A stretch of 64,000 bases of DNA from contig CM059432.1 of assembly GCA_030390025.1 (NCBI GenBank), positions 68,636,001 through 68,700,000 of the forward strand. The letters are read 5' to 3'. Under the pieces are notes generated by a model. It had not been told where the DNA came from, searched no databases, and was given only the letters and a program-made list of their open reading frames with translations. A program made the position numbers and the translations under genes. Each line of letters starts with the position of its first letter. Within the stretch, counting starts at the first letter, position 1. The DNA is from Squalus acanthias. Taxonomy: Eukaryota. Shown here one piece after another: positions 62,491 through 64,000 of the stretch.

Positions 62491-64000
62491 AGACAGACAT
62501 AAGACATAAGAGCAGGAGGTGGTCATTTGGCCCCTCGAGCCTGCTCCGCCATTCAATAGGATCATGGCTGATCTGATCTTGGCCTCAACTCCACTTCCCT
62601 GCCCGCTCCCCATAACCCTTGACTCCCTTACCATTCAAAAATCTGTCCATCTCCACCTTAAATATATTCAATGACCCAGCCTCCAGTTCTCTAGGGAAGA
62701 GAATTCCAAAGATTCACGACCCTCTGAGAGAAGAAATTCCTCCTCATTTCCGTTTTAAATGAGTGCCCCCTTATTCTGAAATTATGCCCCCTAGTCCTAG
62801 ATTCCCCCACGAGGGGAAAAATCCTCTCTGCATCTACCCTGTCAAGCCCCTTCAGAATCTTATATGTTTCAATAAGATCCCCTCTCATTCTTCTAAACTC
62901 CAATGAGTATAGGCCCAACCTGCTCAACCTTTCTTCATAAGACAACCCCTTCATCTCCGGAATCAACCTCGTGAATCTTCTCTGAACTGCCTCCAATGCA
63001 AGTATATCCTTCCTTAAATAAGGAGACCAAAACTGTACGCAGTACTCCAGGTGTGGTCTTATTAACGCCCTGTACAGTTGTACCAGGACTTCCCTACTTT
63101 TATACTCCATTCCCTTTGCAATAAAAGCCAACATTCCATTTGCCTTCCTAATTACTTGCTGTACCTGCATGCTAACTTTTTGTGATTCATGTACAAGGAC
63201 CCCCAGATCCCTCTGCATTTTGTAATCTCTCCCCATTTAAATAATAATTTGCTTTATTTTTCCTACCAAAAAGTGAATAACCTCGCATTTTCCCAAAATA
63301 TACTCCATCTGCCAGATTTTTGCCCACTCACTTAGCCTATCTATATCCCTTTGGAGATTCTTTGCGTCCTCCACACAATTTGCTTTCCCACCTATCTTTG
63401 TATCATCAGCAAATTTGGCTACATTATACTCAGTCCTTTCATCCATGTCATTAATATAGATTGTAAATAGTTGAGGCCCCAGCACTGATCCCTGCGGCAC
63501 CCCACTAGTTACAGTTTGCCAACCTGAAAATGACCCATTTATCCTGACTCTGTTTTCTGTTAGTTAGCCAATCCTCTATCCATGCTAATATATTACCCCC
63601 AACCCCGTGAGCTCTTATCTTGTGCAGTAACCTTTTATGTGGCACCTTATCGAATGCCTTCTGGAAATCCAAATACACGACATCTACTGGTTCCCCTTTA
63701 TCCACCCTGCTCGTTACATCCTCAAAGAACTCCAGCAAATTTGTCAAACATGATTTCCCTTTCATAAAACCATGCTGACTCTGCTTGACTATATTCTGAT
63801 TTTCTAAATGTCCTGCTACCACTTCCTTAATGATGGACTCCAGCATTTTCCCCAATGACAGATGTTAGGCTAACTGGTCGATAGTTGCCTGCTTTCTGTC
63901 TCCCTCCTTTCGTAAATAGGGGCGTTACATTTGCGGTTTTCCAGTCCGCTGGGACTTCTCCAGAATCCAGGGAATTTTGGTAGATTACAACCAATGCATC
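62491..64000 (-). mobile_element. CR1 LINE 3' part nested in the previous CR1, running off the window
   Basis: RT motifs and (CTTATGT)n tail abutting the host's YRPPNS-coding sequence. Confidence 0.92.

Noticed and set aside
53625..64000. TCEA1 exons 1-2
   Set aside because: No sequence encoding the expected ...ALDLLKELK..PMTLELLQ was found; presumably outside the window

Overview
Eukaryotic, transposon-rich vertebrate DNA, most likely from a cartilaginous fish (shark), judged from its SacSINE1/DeuSINE-type SINEs and its CR1, L2, Penelope and Harbinger repeats. The only host gene is transcription elongation factor TFIIS (TCEA1-like) on the minus strand. Eight coding exons (apparent exons 3-10, 53624 down to 3292) splice in frame to 259 aa plus stop; exons 1-2 were not found and probably lie beyond the right edge. 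The intron between exons 6 and 7 is a minor-spliceosome (U12) AT-AC intron. The introns are filled with nested decayed mobile elements. Most notable: (1) a young Penelope-like insertion whose inverted terminal repeats each carry a minimal hammerhead ribozyme, plus two more hammerhead-bearing Penelope remnants; (2) an apparently ORF1-less CR1-group LINE with a tRNA-like Pol III head, and SINEs made of that LINE's 5' head fused to its 3' tail; (3) two-gene Harbinger transposon relics and MITEs with 3-bp target duplications; (4) three local template-switch scars, one of which removes an RT catalytic aspartate. All calls were made by eye; no database search was run, and repeat boundaries are approximate unless a TSD or TIR is quoted.
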